A DNA stretch of 62,166 nucleotides, the filler included, from Asterionella formosa (taxonomy: Eukaryota), in the NCBI GenBank assembly GCA_002256025.1. It is 3 parts of 3 records of this genome, joined end to end, with 100 filler letters (N's around TTAATTAATTAA, not from the genome) between each part and the next. Parts side by side here need not be neighbours in the genome. Positions count along the whole stretch, not along the records: positions 1 to 30,063 come from NKIB01000914.1; positions 30,164 to 60,176 come from NKIB01000920.1; 1 more part is not named here. One strand, 5' to 3'. Made by a program: the position numbers and the translations under genes. Shown here one piece after another: positions 22,840-34,635 of the stretch (position 1 is its first letter; every line of letters begins with the position of its first letter). The notes under the pieces were generated by a model. That model did not search any database, was not told the DNA's origin, and saw only the letters and a list, made by a program, of their open reading frames with translations.

Positions 22840-24780
22840 GATCACAGGTATAGGATAAATGAATCAAAATTTATTGATTAAAGATCATAGTTTATACCGG
22901 AGTAGTTGCTCATGCATGCAACCCTTTCCCCCTGTATACAGTACGGAAGTGATAACCCCCAAGCTATCAAATTTTTATGTCTTGTCAGACTTATCGCAGC
23001 ATGCATGCATACATGACTCCTACTGGTACATACAATGCGGAAATGATGACCAGCACCAGACTACCAATCCTATAGGTCCTGTAGAATTATCGCAACATGG
23101 CGGGATATCTAATGAAAGGGCGGGAGGAGTCATCCATGCACCTTTATATGAAATATGGAAATGATCAAATATAGTCGACACAAGGAGCAGTGAATCATTT
23201 TTGCCCTGCTGTTATTATTTTAATTCCTATGAAATCTATTGATCTGCTGATTGTTTTCATTGGCTGTTTCACTGGACAGCATTCGAATTGATTGTGCTTC
23301 GAACAAAGCAATGATCAAAGTCCACCCCATTGTAGAATGGTGAGTCTCACATCTAAGTATCAGCCAGGCGATTAAAAAGGGACTGTCTTTTGTGCGCGCA
23401 CCCTTGTTGTGTTTGTACATTGACTTGGCAACTGTCAGCCAAGAGCAGCCATGGTATGATGCCACCATTTTTGTCTATGCAAATTTTCCAATGCGATCAG
23501 CTATGATAACTTTTGCTTCCCCCTCCTAGACACTATCTCGCTCACCAACCTTGTCATAGATTTTTCTATATCCTTTGGCTGCACAGGCCCAGGTTACTCA
23601 ATGCCTTCATCTGCAAGTTCATCCAAGCACGTTGGCGTCAAGAAAACCTCAACCCCGATTTTTCTTCACATGCTCCACCCATTGACTTCTTCATTGATAA
23701 AGTCGAGCGAGGTAGCTATATTGATGTCAGGTGGCGCAGGCTTGTCTACAGTCAGATTGATGATGCCGAAAGCATTGCTTCCTTTTCCGATAGGCACCTA
23801 TTTGTCAACATTGTTTGGATCAATCCATTCTTGTTCCCGCAAGACCAGAAGCATTTACCCCTTTTCTTCTCCTCCCAAGAACCTTCATTTCTCTTTCACA
23901 ATCGTCCTGATTTTTGGAGAGCATTTTTAGTTGCTTCCCTTTTGATTTTTCCACTGGTTACAATCCCGTTTGCTTTCAAGTCAAGAAACAAGCAACTCAT
24001 TGAGATTTCTGGAGGTTTTGGTCAGTGGCACCATACAGCAAAAATCAATAGATCATGGCGGCTGTTCTCCATTTTCTGTAGTAAGTGACATCCAAGAAGG
24101 TTCTGGGATCAGTGGGGAGAAAATTTAGTAGGCTTCTCTGTGTTTGCCCCCGCCCGTTTTGCAGCTATTCTACCATTGCTTCCTTGCACCAATCAATACA
24201 AGCTAGTATGGCTAATGAAAACCGTAATTAGATGAAATGTGACTTCCGGTTTCTAATATTTTACATTGTTGCACTACTGAAACTTGAATCCATAAATTGG
24301 CATTCAACTTGTGCTTCTTGCATTTTTGCAGTATAGACTGGCTGGTGGTCGATATGCCAAATTGTCTGGCTTTTTATGAACATCTACAAAGTACTAGTGC
24401 GTGTTTTTATCGATGTTTGTGTCTTAATCCAACTGTTGCCATCCATTGAACCATTACAGATGCATAAAAAACGCTCCTGTCGTCAAAGGTAAGGAACTAG
24501 TACGATGACAAAGGAAATCTGATGAGACATGAAAATTACGAAACCAGAATCACTCTGTTACTATAAATGGACAGTCTCATGCTTCTTTGTGCATATCGCC
24601 TGCTATGCTGCATTTCAATTCTAGATGTATTACATTCTTGTTAGAGAGACGATGTTACAGAGAAGTAGATTGTGCTGTTCTATAATGGATGTTGTTTAGC
24701 TATGATTGAGGTTGCAACACTGATTGATGCTCCGGTGACAGACTGGCCTGAAATATTCGTCTTGTGTGATGAACCATTTC
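22840..24780 (-). mobile_element. Decayed Tc1/IS630-like DNA transposon, copy 1
   Basis: About 1.95 kb homologous to 42272-44240. Minus-strand remnants LLVLREQEWIDPNN, LDFINEE and IGVEVFLTPTCLDELADEGIE resemble the 'P.CH.EL..IE..W' third-acidic-residue motif of DDE transposases. Confidence 0.65.
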
Positions 24781-24985
24781 GTTTTCATTGGATTTCTTTT
24801 CAAGCTCTTAACAGATTGCATACAATCATACTGTGCACTATAGATGATGGTTCATTGAAGACATTTGATGACTTAAATGACAAATGAAGATTTTATCACA
24901 AACACTCGTTCCTCTTGACATGGCTGCTTTGTTGTTGTTGCAAGAATCAGAGTGAGGACTGGAGAGGATGATCAGCCAAACAATA

Positions 24986-25380
24986 TTACTCTAACTGGTA
25001 CATTATCCTACCAAGAAATTTAAATAAAGGAGCCTGCTTTGCTGATCTGAGGTAGTAGTTATAGTCATTAACTGACTTCTTGATGGAGTGAGAAGCAATA
25101 TTGCTCCCTCCCTTGGCTTGAAATTTGCCCTTGTTGGCCTGAGCCTTCTTGGAAAACTTTCTTCTGCCACTCATGATGCGCCTTGTGCGACTTATTCAGA
25201 CTCTGGATTGTCTGGTATCCTCAGATCTTGTCTCCGGACTCTCCTCAACGGTCCACCAATTGTTGATTGTAATATTATGGCTCTTCCTGGCTGGCTAATT
25301 CTATTAAAACTGTTGAAATTGCATCCTGAAGCCCTCTATTGCTTTCTTGAATCTTGTAAGGACACATCAGGGACCAAATA
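24986..25380 (-). mobile_element. LTR retrotransposon 5' relic (LTR end, PBS-like site, gag start)
   Basis: Minus strand ...ATCAACA is followed by ATTGGTGGACCG near 25261-25249, then MSGRRKF...KKSVNDYNYYLRSAKQA, which resembles diatom copia gag N-termini. Confidence 0.5.
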
Positions 25381-25980
25381 GGCTGTACATATGAACAACG
25401 ATGTTGCAGTAATCGGCTGTAATCATTCCTAAGAGTTTTAGTAGAATTATGGACGATTTTACTGGCAATGTAGATTGTTTTCGAATTCTGAGTTTTCTCT
25501 GGTAGTACCATATTCTTTTTGATTCATTTGATTCAATATGTAGTAGATAATTCATACCGGGATTTTTCTTTCCTAAAATGATTTCTCCAACTGTAAGGAT
25601 CGCTAGAAGCGTTAAAGATTATCACATCAAAGTGATCGACCAACATTATTTTTATGTACATGCAAATTGTGAAATTGGGGGGGGGGAGGACAATCGTTTC
25701 GAGCACGATTGATGGGGATACCTGGTACACTTCAGTGTACTATTGAATCGTAAACCAGCCACTTGATTGCAACAAAAAGGTTTGACAGGATTGATAATTG
25801 ACGGCTATCGCCAAAATCTATGTGTTTGCCTGGCACAAAGTACATTTTTCATAAACCTTCAAAATTTACCTAGCCAAGAATATCGTCTCAGGGATCGTTT
25901 CCTGTCGAACGCAATCGATTGTCCTGCTGATTGAAGCTGCTTATTAGTCAAGCGTTGCTTTTTTTCACCGTAAAATTATA

Positions 25981-26475
25981 ATGGATCCTCTTTCCGATCA
26001 CAGTCGCCGTCTTGTAGGCACTTCAACTGGTGCTCTAGTTGGATGTTCCCTTGTTGTCTTTTTCCTTATTCTTGTTGGAATTGCATGTTGCCTTGGCATA
26101 TTCGATGCTTCAAATCGTCATCCTCCAACGGTCGATGATGGCCTCGATGTGAACGATGACGATCGTGACCTCGATCTGAACAAAGTAGAGTTACCGGTAG
26201 AGGATGATCATTATACGGTCCCTGAACTCGCCAAGACGGCTTCGAATGAGTCGTCTCACGATTCCCTAATGGAAGAAGAAGAGTTCGAAATTCGAACCTG
26301 CTGTGATGTTCACACATGTTCTTCGGGTTCATGTGCGGTTTGCGACAAAACGAAACCAGGAACAACGTTTCTCATTGTGAGAGACAACCCCATATGGAAT
26401 TTGTCAGGGGACCTACCAGCTAAGTGGTGGGATAAAACACGTGGGGAAAGTGAGATTGCTGATGGGGACAACTAA
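25981..26475 (+). CDS. Hypothetical single-pass membrane protein with Cys-rich motif
   Basis: Clean 164-aa ORF with one hydrophobic helix, an acidic linker and CCDVHTCSSGSCAVC. Confidence 0.7.
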   Translation: MDPLSDHSRRLVGTSTGALVGCSLVVFFLILVGIACCLGIFDASNRHPPTVDDGLDVNDDDRDLDLNKVELPVEDDHYTVPELAKTASNESSHDSLMEEEEFEIRTCCDVHTCSSGSCAVCDKTKPGTTFLIVRDNPIWNLSGDLPAKWWDKTRGESEIADGDN

Positions 26476-26825
26476 ATTGCATTGAAATCAAGGCCTTGAG
26501 GTAGATGACGACAGGCATGGAGCGTTTGGGCTGCTTGATGAAATCAAATTAAGAAATGAACAAGTCTCAGAAGTGTATATAAATAGTAGTAGCCGCATTT
26601 TTTACTATTCTTCCTGATTGTTTTTTGTTTTCTATTGGAAGGTTGCGCGTTTCTACGATTCGACAGACGAAATCATGAATATGACAGCAAATATCGTAAT
26701 GAAGGAAAAGCAAGTACCCAAAATGACCCAAAATAAATTGCAATAATTTGCTCAAAAGTGCTTAACGATACGACATAGATTACGTTTCTCGTCTTTTCGG
26801 ACTGTTCTGTCACTGAATGGGATGG

Positions 26826-27116
26826 TTATTTTCCTTTCGCTTGCGTTGATTTCGGCCTTTCTGCTCTCAATCGAGTGTGCTTGGCAGAATATATTCCCTG
26901 ACTACCACTATGGCCTCGATTGTCCAGTCGTTTGACGGATTTGCTACTTCCTCCTCCACTTCCAGAACCTATTTCGAAGTCGTCATAACCATCGTACTCA
27001 TCAATGGATTGGAAATAGTCCTCTGAACTTTGTCGAATTGCGCCTTGAGGCGAGGTGTCGGCATGTGAATTTGCTTCGTTCGCAGCTGTCAGAGTTGTTC
27101 GTCGTTCTGAAGACAT
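26826..27116 (-). CDS. Small hypothetical protein (low complexity)
   Basis: 96-aa ATG-initiated ORF with coding-like composition, divergent from RAD52. Confidence 0.55.
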   Translation of the reverse strand: MSSERRTTLTAANEANSHADTSPQGAIRQSSEDYFQSIDEYDGYDDFEIGSGSGGGSSKSVKRLDNRGHSGSQGIYSAKHTRLRAERPKSTQAKGK

Positions 27117-27879
27117 CGCTTGGATTTTTTTAGATGTTCGGACTGACGATCAAAAGGCGGCTTGAAATGTCAAGGATCTGTATGAATAAAGGAGAGAAGG
27201 AGAAGGAAAATAAGCGAGTCATGGACAAGCATGGATCGATAATTGGGATACCATTACCGGGAGGTCATGTCTGGTACCTGGTACCAGGTACTCCCGAGTA
27301 CCAGGTACCAATAAGAAATAACCCAGTACGTATGCCGGTATTTCATTTGTTTTTATTGACGGTATTGGTAATGAGCAAGCTAAGCACGACTGGTACAAAG
27401 TATGCTTGGAACGTATGTACCAGTATGACTAGTAACCTGGTACAGTACCAGTAGTCGTAAATAAATAAACAAACTTGTAAATCACTTGTGCATATATATG
27501 CATAGCAACTGGACCTGGTAGTCTACCTGGTCGTCCCTGGAATGCATACCGGCACTATGCAATATATCTAGCAGTAAATACCGCTATTATGTGTACCTAC
27601 TGAAATTCTGTTTTCCTCGACCCGTAATCATGCTGAATAATATGTTTGTTACTAGTAACCGCCCTTGGTACTACCAGGTATGATAATAATAAAAATGAAG
27701 AAAGTTTCAACATTTTCTAATCATCAATGCATGTTTGTGGCGCGCCAAAAAATCTAACACTACCTGTAGGAGTAGGTGCGTAGTACCAGGTACTGGTTGT
27801 GGTAGGGGTACCTGGTTCAGATACTAGGTACAACGCTCCAATCGCACCACATTAAATAGAATTGTCAAGTAAAAACACC

Positions 27880-29064
27880 ATGTTAATCGAAACAGAACCG
27901 CGACCACCACCCAACAGAGCAAGCACAACACATCCACCAATGAGAAATCCAGACGGAACAATCTTGCTGAATTCGTACGGCGAGACAATCTATCAAGGCC
28001 AATTTCTCAATTCGCATCCTTTGAAACGAGATTGTAAAGAGAGAACCGGGCCAAACGGACTGAGGCTCACATACATGACTGGAGATGGAGTGATTCGAGA
28101 TTTAAACACCGTGTTTGGGCATGGGAATTGGTCTACCGAACTGACCCGGGAGAAGGAAATTGTAAGTATGATGTAGTCTTGACGACAAGTGAGTAGTATG
28201 CCAAGTTGCGAGTGATGCTATACTGACATGCTCAGTTCGCATTTACTTACATCGTAGATGTCAACCCTCAATAGCGAAGGCTGTTGGAACGTGGGATACC
28301 TCGCCACTGTCAAGCTCACACTCTTGTCTACTGGTGCCTCGCACGAAGATGTTGGTTCCGGGGAAGCTACAAATGAAAACAAACTCCTTGCACACGACCT
28401 AGCCATGAAATCTGCCGTTACTGACGCCATGAAGCGTTCGGCCCGACATTTTGGGGAACGATTGGGGAATGCGTTGTACCGATCTGGTGCCAGTCTATCC
28501 TTGGCACCCCAAGACAACAAGACGGCACTCCTACGCGTCGAATGGAGTCATGGATTGGAGTTTGGCAATCAATCCGAGTTGCGGGATCGAAAGGATAAGG
28601 GCTTGCCATTCCCTTTAAAACCTGGAAATCATCAAGCCATGGTGCAGACAGCCTCGAAGCATGCGAATCAGTTGAGCGAACAACCATCTGTGACAACCAC
28701 AACAAATAACTTTGTACCATTGACAGTAGAGCAACAACAGAAACAAGAAGTTATGGATTCCAAGCAGCAACAGTCACCATATAAAGCAGCACCTAACCGA
28801 GTTTCTCTGGAACTAGGTGCCGACCAATGTGAAATTGCACTGACCAACAAGCAGCCACCAACTCCCCTAGGATTCGTCCGAGCATCTAGTGCAATTATCA
28901 CGCCTCAAACACGTCAGCAATCTGGTCTGATTCCACTTCCTCTATCCCAGTATGTTCCAGAGACCTTCTCAAGTCCCATGAATAATGACTTGAAGCGGAA
29001 CCATGAACGTGCGGAGCTCTCCACACCAGCTACCAACAAGCGCCTTTGCAATCCATACAGGTGA
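27880..29064 (+). CDS. RAD52: RAD52 homologue; exons 27880-28161 and 28258-29064
   Basis: RTGPNGLRLTYM...LNTVFGHGNWS, then GASHEDVGSG and AMKSAVTDAMKRSARHFGERLGNALY (Rad52 N-domain). The phase-0 GTAAGT...TAG intron 28162-28257 joins the two ORFs in frame. Confidence 0.93.
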
Positions 29065-30063
29065 AATCCTTTTTTTGGTGGATGAGTTGGCTAATAATTC
29101 ATGCAACAATGTGTATTTTACCTATGAAAAATAATAGAATGCAGGGAATAAGTCATTAAGAATCGCTTTTGTATTTTGAGTTCGCTTCATGTTATAAATT
29201 TGATTACCGGTACCGGTAGGTAATAATAGTATGGCAAGTTTTTGGAGTTAGTTTGTCTTTGAGATACTGTACAGGATTAGTACCAGATACCGTAGTCTAG
29301 TTGTCTCGCTCGGCGCTCGCAAACACATACCCGGCCGGCTGCGCCTTCAGTGCTTGGCACATAGCCTATTCTTTTGTTAGCTGATGTGGACCACCCATCA
29401 GCCAATTCACATTTCGATATATTGTTTACTTGGATTCGTACACAAGCAAGAATCGGTGATTATTTAGTATGCAATGATGAAGAATGTATCATGATCTTCA
29501 AAGCATACAGTAAACAAGGACTGTACCCTGGTACCAGGTAATGTACGTATGTACAATCGGACGAGCGAGGTGAGCGATCAGGCAGTACTAACGAATAAGA
29601 AAACAAGGCAAAAGGTACTCATGATGTACTCCATTGCAGGCATCTGTGGTACCTGGCGCATGTAAATCTGTAAATTTTAATACATGATTTGTCAACCAAC
29701 ATAGCGGCATATACAATACCTCGACTGACTCTCCCGTTCGCAACACCGCCCCATTCGATACCACCCGACGTCCGTCACCACTGTCCACATCACAGGACTA
29801 TTCTTACCTTCAACGTTCTCCATGCTACGAACCTGCATTTCTACCAGAGCATCTTGGAAGAAAACAAGGCAGTGCCTGGCGCCTCTTGGCAATCATTGTC
29901 GACCATTCTCGGATGTGGATCGCAAACGGCAAGCTGAAAATGCGGCTCGACTTCGAGCCCTACGAAAACCCAACAAGGAAAAGAAGGCAAAGGCGGAAAT
30001 TGATTATCGTCTTCAAAAGAATACAGTTGTCGCCCCGAAAGATTTGTGGGGCAGCGACAATGG

Positions 30064-30163
30064 NNNNNNNNNNNNNNNNNNNNNNNNNNNNNNNNNNNNN
30101 NNNNNNNTTAATTAATTAANNNNNNNNNNNNNNNNNNNNNNNNNNNNNNNNNNNNNNNNNNNN
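30064..30163. other. Artificial scaffold-joining spacer
   Basis: 44 N + TTAATTAATTAA (stops in all six frames) + 44 N; identical to 60177-60276. Confidence 0.95.
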
Positions 30164-30835
30164 TTAACTATTACTTGCAATGGAGCACTCCTTGATTCAA
30201 CATCATTATGTGACAAGTATTTGGCATAAACATGGGCATGTAATTGGGTTTGTTGAAGAATAAGGGCTTTCTTTGCTTTAATATTAACATAATTAAATGT
30301 CATTAGTACTTTCTCTGTTCTGGTTAAGTTGCAATATGCTCAGCAACTAACCCAGCTTGATCCACTTCCCTAAAAGAAGCCCTCTGTAGAAGCAATATAC
30401 GTTTTCTATGTGAGACAATGCAGGCTACCGGGTACTGGTGCATTGGTTAGATATGTGCATTTAGGTGAGTATAATAGCAATACATGTTCATTGTTAACTG
30501 TCATTGATTTTCGTTGGCCAGTTTACTGACCTGTATCCATGTGTGTATGTATATATATGTATTTTTTGTCTTTAACTACTACCACAGAGATTCAGCTAAA
30601 TAAATTAATGAGCATACATTTCTGAACAAAAATATATTTTGTTCCACAGACATTGAATGTAATATAGCTAACATTTTGTGCATGTCAAGATTTATGACAA
30701 AATGACATAAAAAGTTAGCATGTTGAATAATAGCCCATTCATACTCCTCTCTTTCAAGGCAAGAATTTCATTGTGCTACCTGCCAACAAGACCTGTGCTT
30801 CCCTAGTTTTGTTAGCATAGGTGAGTCCCCAACCA

Positions 30836-31077
30836 CCTTTTGCAAAAGGTGATTGTCTGAGCTGCAGCATTAGGGGAAACTCCGACCGCCTAGGAAGGTG
30901 GCACAAACTGCTTGTAGGGGGGGCAACCCAATATGTCTTGCACACCAGGCAAGACCATGTGGGACGGTAAGGAGTGTGGGAGTTGAACCCAACAATTCCT
31001 TCTCAAAATAATTGCCAGAATCAAACCTCACAACCTCAGATCAAAGGCAACATGGTAAACCACTAAGCCATTCCCTC
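30836..31077 (-). mobile_element. Putative tRNA-derived SINE, copy 2
   Basis: Minus strand has A-box TGGCTTAGTGG (31070-31060), anticodon-loop-like CTTTGA, B-box-like GGTTTGATTCT and GGGTTCAACTCC, then a body homologous to 21508-21660. Confidence 0.62.
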
Positions 31078-31323
31078 GAACAAAATGACATATAGAGATA
31101 TTGACAAGCATTGAAATAGAGGTAAAAGATGAGACCTGTTGCTGTTGCAGGAATAAAAATAATAATTGCATATTATGTAAATGTAATAAAAGTTGAAATA
31201 CAATCCCCACATGCTCCTATCCAATGAAATGAACAAGACACCATACCGAAAGTCTCAAAGTGTAATATGTACTCCTGGAATAATCCCTCCAGCAATTCCC
31301 CCAATTTGACGTTTCCACCAGCT

Positions 31324-32253
31324 TCACGCTACAAAAGGAATTCCACCGGCCACATTGGTGGGATCTAAATCAAAGTCAACCTCAGATGACTTGTAATAGA
31401 AACTTTGTTGCACATCGTCATCTTCCTCGTCAGAAATTTCATTCAACATGGTCTCGACACAGGAAAAGAATAAAATACGCTTCAGCGACTTGTTGACAAA
31501 GAAATAATTGAATGACCATAGGGCGTTTTGTTGTGAACCATCATTTTCTAGCAGTGTTTGCGTTAGAAAACTTAAATCGTCATTCGGAGCATATGAATAC
31601 ACTTCCGTTTCATTCAAACTCATTGTTTCATCCAGCGCGTCCCACAAATTTTTGAGCAGCAGCGGTTTTTGTGCTGCCAGCTCGGACAGCTTGCTATTGA
31701 CAGCCTTCACCACAACAATTGGGGACATTTTAACAAAATGCGACGGTCGCACATTGGAAAAGTCATAGTCGGGAAAGCATGCATTAAGGGTGAGGATAAG
31801 GTCGGTCATGAGTCGTCTGGTGCCGAGTTCAAAAAAGTCCCCGAGCGCCGACTTTTGAGAGTATGGCTCCGTAGAGTCAAACGACTTGGCACGAGATCGC
31901 TTGGCAGCACCTTGGGCAGTGATAGAGTCAAGGTCGGAGAGTGGGCGTTTCGACACTCCTTCAATCTGGCCGACAGAGGCAGATCTCTGAGCAAAGGGAA
32001 CTTTCGAAATTCCTCCTTCGATCTCGCTGACAGATGCAGATCTCTTTCTTCTGATTATGCTGGCCATGACTTCTTCTTCACGCTCCAATTCTTCGACGTA
32101 TTTTTCTCCCAGCTGATGAGCATATTTCTTTTCGTTTTGAATGCGTTTTGTAGTAAAGCACTCGAGTCGTCCATTGATCATGCGAGAGTTTGTCACGGCG
32201 TCGGTGAGTTCCGATGTGAGTTGCGTGAGTTTGTCGTTTTCAAGGTACTTCAT
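31324..32253 (-). CDS. MAF1: Repressor of RNA polymerase III transcription
   Basis: MKYLE...GRLECFTTK, LILTLNACFPDYDFS, EVYSY, LWSFNYFFVNKSLKRILFF, acidic tail. Confidence 0.95.
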   Translation of the reverse strand: MKYLENDKLTQLTSELTDAVTNSRMINGRLECFTTKRIQNEKKYAHQLGEKYVEELEREEEVMASIIRRKRSASVSEIEGGISKVPFAQRSASVGQIEGVSKRPLSDLDSITAQGAAKRSRAKSFDSTEPYSQKSALGDFFELGTRRLMTDLILTLNACFPDYDFSNVRPSHFVKMSPIVVVKAVNSKLSELAAQKPLLLKNLWDALDETMSLNETEVYSYAPNDDLSFLTQTLLENDGSQQNALWSFNYFFVNKSLKRILFFSCVETMLNEISDEEDDDVQQSFYYKSSEVDFDLDPTNVAGGIPFVA

Positions 32254-33806
32254 GTTGTTTCTCTGTTCCTTGAGAGCGAGCGACAGTGAAAGAGTCAGAA
32301 AAACGCATCCTGCATATTATAGACATACATACAGATGCATTAAAAATATAGGAACAGTAACCCCATTGTACAATGGGGCTCAGGAGTTCTTTCATGACGT
32401 CAGCAGTCCCGCGGTCTGAACGAGCCTCAACGTTCTCTTACCGTGTGGTATGCTACAATAATCGAACTATCTGAGTTTGTTTTGTTTCTGTTTGTTCCTG
32501 CGTTATTATATTCACTTTCTTATCCGCTCAATCATGGTATTCCCGATAGGATGTGAAGAGTGAGTGGTGAGAAAAAGGGGAGCAAAGGAAGGAGCCAAAA
32601 CGAAAGAACAAAAGACTCGTTTGCTTTTTCTTGCTGTGCGTGTGTATTCCTATACTTGGAATATATGATTATGAATCCATGTTGTTTGAATTTGCAATCT
32701 GTTCGCTGTACAGTACGGTACCTTGTACCTTGTTCCGTAGATTCGTCTACTAGATTTCCACGTGAGATTCTTAGTACTGATGGAAGTCCGGTCGTGACAA
32801 CTTCCATGTGGTACAGGTGTACCTGTACCGAACACCTCTCTACTGTAATGTCCTGCGTGCATGTTACGAGGGCAAACTTGTTGGCGCGGCGGTGGATATT
32901 GAAGCAACAAACCCTAACAGGTACCGGTACTTTGCTTAGAATCAAATCATCGCTGGAATCATATTTAGTATACCTGCTACTGGTACCAGGTACAACGGCA
33001 TACATATCCAACCTGGTACAAAAGGCTGGACCAGCCCCTGCAACCCGCAACTGACGCACAGGTGTGTCAACTGAACAATCGAAGGTGCTCCTGAAAGGAT
33101 GAAAATGATTGGATCCTATCTAGTAACACTTTGTCAGCTGAAGCAAAAAGACCAAAACTTGATGGTACCGGTATGCTGCCATGTCCAGTAATCACTGGCT
33201 TGCTCAATACTGCTAGTAGCATACTGTATGTAGATACCACCACTGTTCTGGTGATACCGGCATATGACTAAATCTAGGATGATTTGGGCTAGGGTTAACA
33301 GCATTCCATCAATGTACATGTCATCAATATTATGCAGAGAAACTATTTCTGGTGAAGAAATATTTGAAGTAATGTTAATGAAGACAAACTTACAATGAAT
33401 AAGATGGGATGGAATATTTCGATAGGTAAATGTTCTATGTTATGAACTATTCACAAGCATGTCATCGCCATTGGAGCTGCCAACAATGTAAGTAAAACAA
33501 TATTCTAAAAGTGTTATAAAGTAAAAGAATGATTGAATGATCAGGAACAGATCATCATCATTACTTGATAGCATATAGTGTGTACAAACGTGTTCTGCTA
33601 CTGTTGTAAGGAATTCAACAGATATCTACTATGTATGATTTGACAATGCATGATTTGTCCACATTCCTGAGTATCAGTACCACCATACCAGTCTTAGTCA
33701 ACTATTGCTTCATGGTAGAACATGCATATGCATATCCAGTAGGATGAATGGAAGCCAGGTAATCTCAACATCAATCAGTCCATGTACGGTTGTTGGTTCT
33801 GTCCAC

Positions 33807-34635
33807 TTACTCATGACCATCCAGTAATACTAGAGACTCCTGAGTGGCATTCAAAAAGTCAAAAACTTCATTGAGGTCAATCATTTGCAAAGGCGTCTTT
33901 CCATCATTATCTTTGACATTAACCCCCCTGGGATACTTTCCCACCAAATACTTGACAACTGGTACTTTGTCTATACGATCACTCACTACAGAGCATTCCC
34001 AATGGAGTGGTAGTCGTCCATAGGTATCTGTCATTTCCAAAACCTCTCGTGCTGTCTCTACCAATAGTTTCACCTTGACCAATGATGCCCGATACTCACA
34101 CGCCCAATGCAAGGCTGCTTTCCCCTCATGGTCTACCATTTTGGCTGTTTCTTCTGTCAAGACTTGTTTGACAATGTCCAATGATGTATCCCGCCGACAG
34201 GCATGAATCAATGGGACTTTGCCAGTTTCATCTCGTAATAACAAGGCCTCTGGATATACGACTATCAATGCCTGTATGAAGGAGAGGGGGCATTGTTTCT
34301 GACCACAGGCATGATGCAAGGAAAGACGACGATACCATATAATGGTATCGTCATTGTCATTTCCGACCAACGACCCGCCCTTGTATCGAGTCACGATCCA
34401 CACTTTGGCTTCATGAGGCGCCTCCAAAAGGCGGGCTTCGGCTTGGGCGTAGTCTTTTCTACCAATCAAACGAAAGAGTTCTGTTTGAGACTCGTACGGT
34501 ACTTCAGTTGCAGTAGTGGGAGTGGGAGTAATGACTATAATAATAGGAATATAGACAAACGATGAGTCGATTTCACAACAATCGCAAACGATGCTTTGAT
34601 GGAGAGATGAGAGAGTGAAACGTACCAGTCGACAT
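33807..34635 (-). CDS. Ankyrin-repeat protein; exons 34635-34626 and 34534-33807
   Basis: LSLHHAC, GKVPLIHAC, GKAALHWAC, GRLPLHW and DGKTPL repeats. A 10-nt first exon (ATGTCGACTG) plus a GTACGT...TTATAG intron (34625-34535) restores an ATG start in frame (246 codons). Confidence 0.8.

Noticed and set aside
23513..24088. 191-aa + strand ORF
   Set aside because: It is antisense to decayed transposase remnants and is not preserved in the second copy.
1..29064. TOP3A and RAD52 as a recombination gene cluster
   Set aside because: They are 25 kb apart with unrelated genes between them; co-occurrence is plausibly chance.
30064..30163. TTAATTAATTAA palindrome inside N runs (also 60177-60276)
   Set aside because: The identical 44N-12-44N layout with six-frame stops marks an artificial linker; adjacency across it has no biological meaning.
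31005..31077. Functional tRNA-Gln gene
   Set aside because: The acceptor and anticodon stems do not pair convincingly and the B-box is mutated; better explained as a SINE head or pseudo-tRNA.
30836..32253. Pol III-type element next to the Pol III repressor MAF1
   Set aside because: The other copy lies beside an unrelated gene; there is no evidence of a functional link.
32532..33059. Overlapping 164- and 175-aa ORFs upstream of MAF1
   Set aside because: No recognisable motifs, and the sequence is dominated by GTAC palindromes; likely non-coding promoter DNA.
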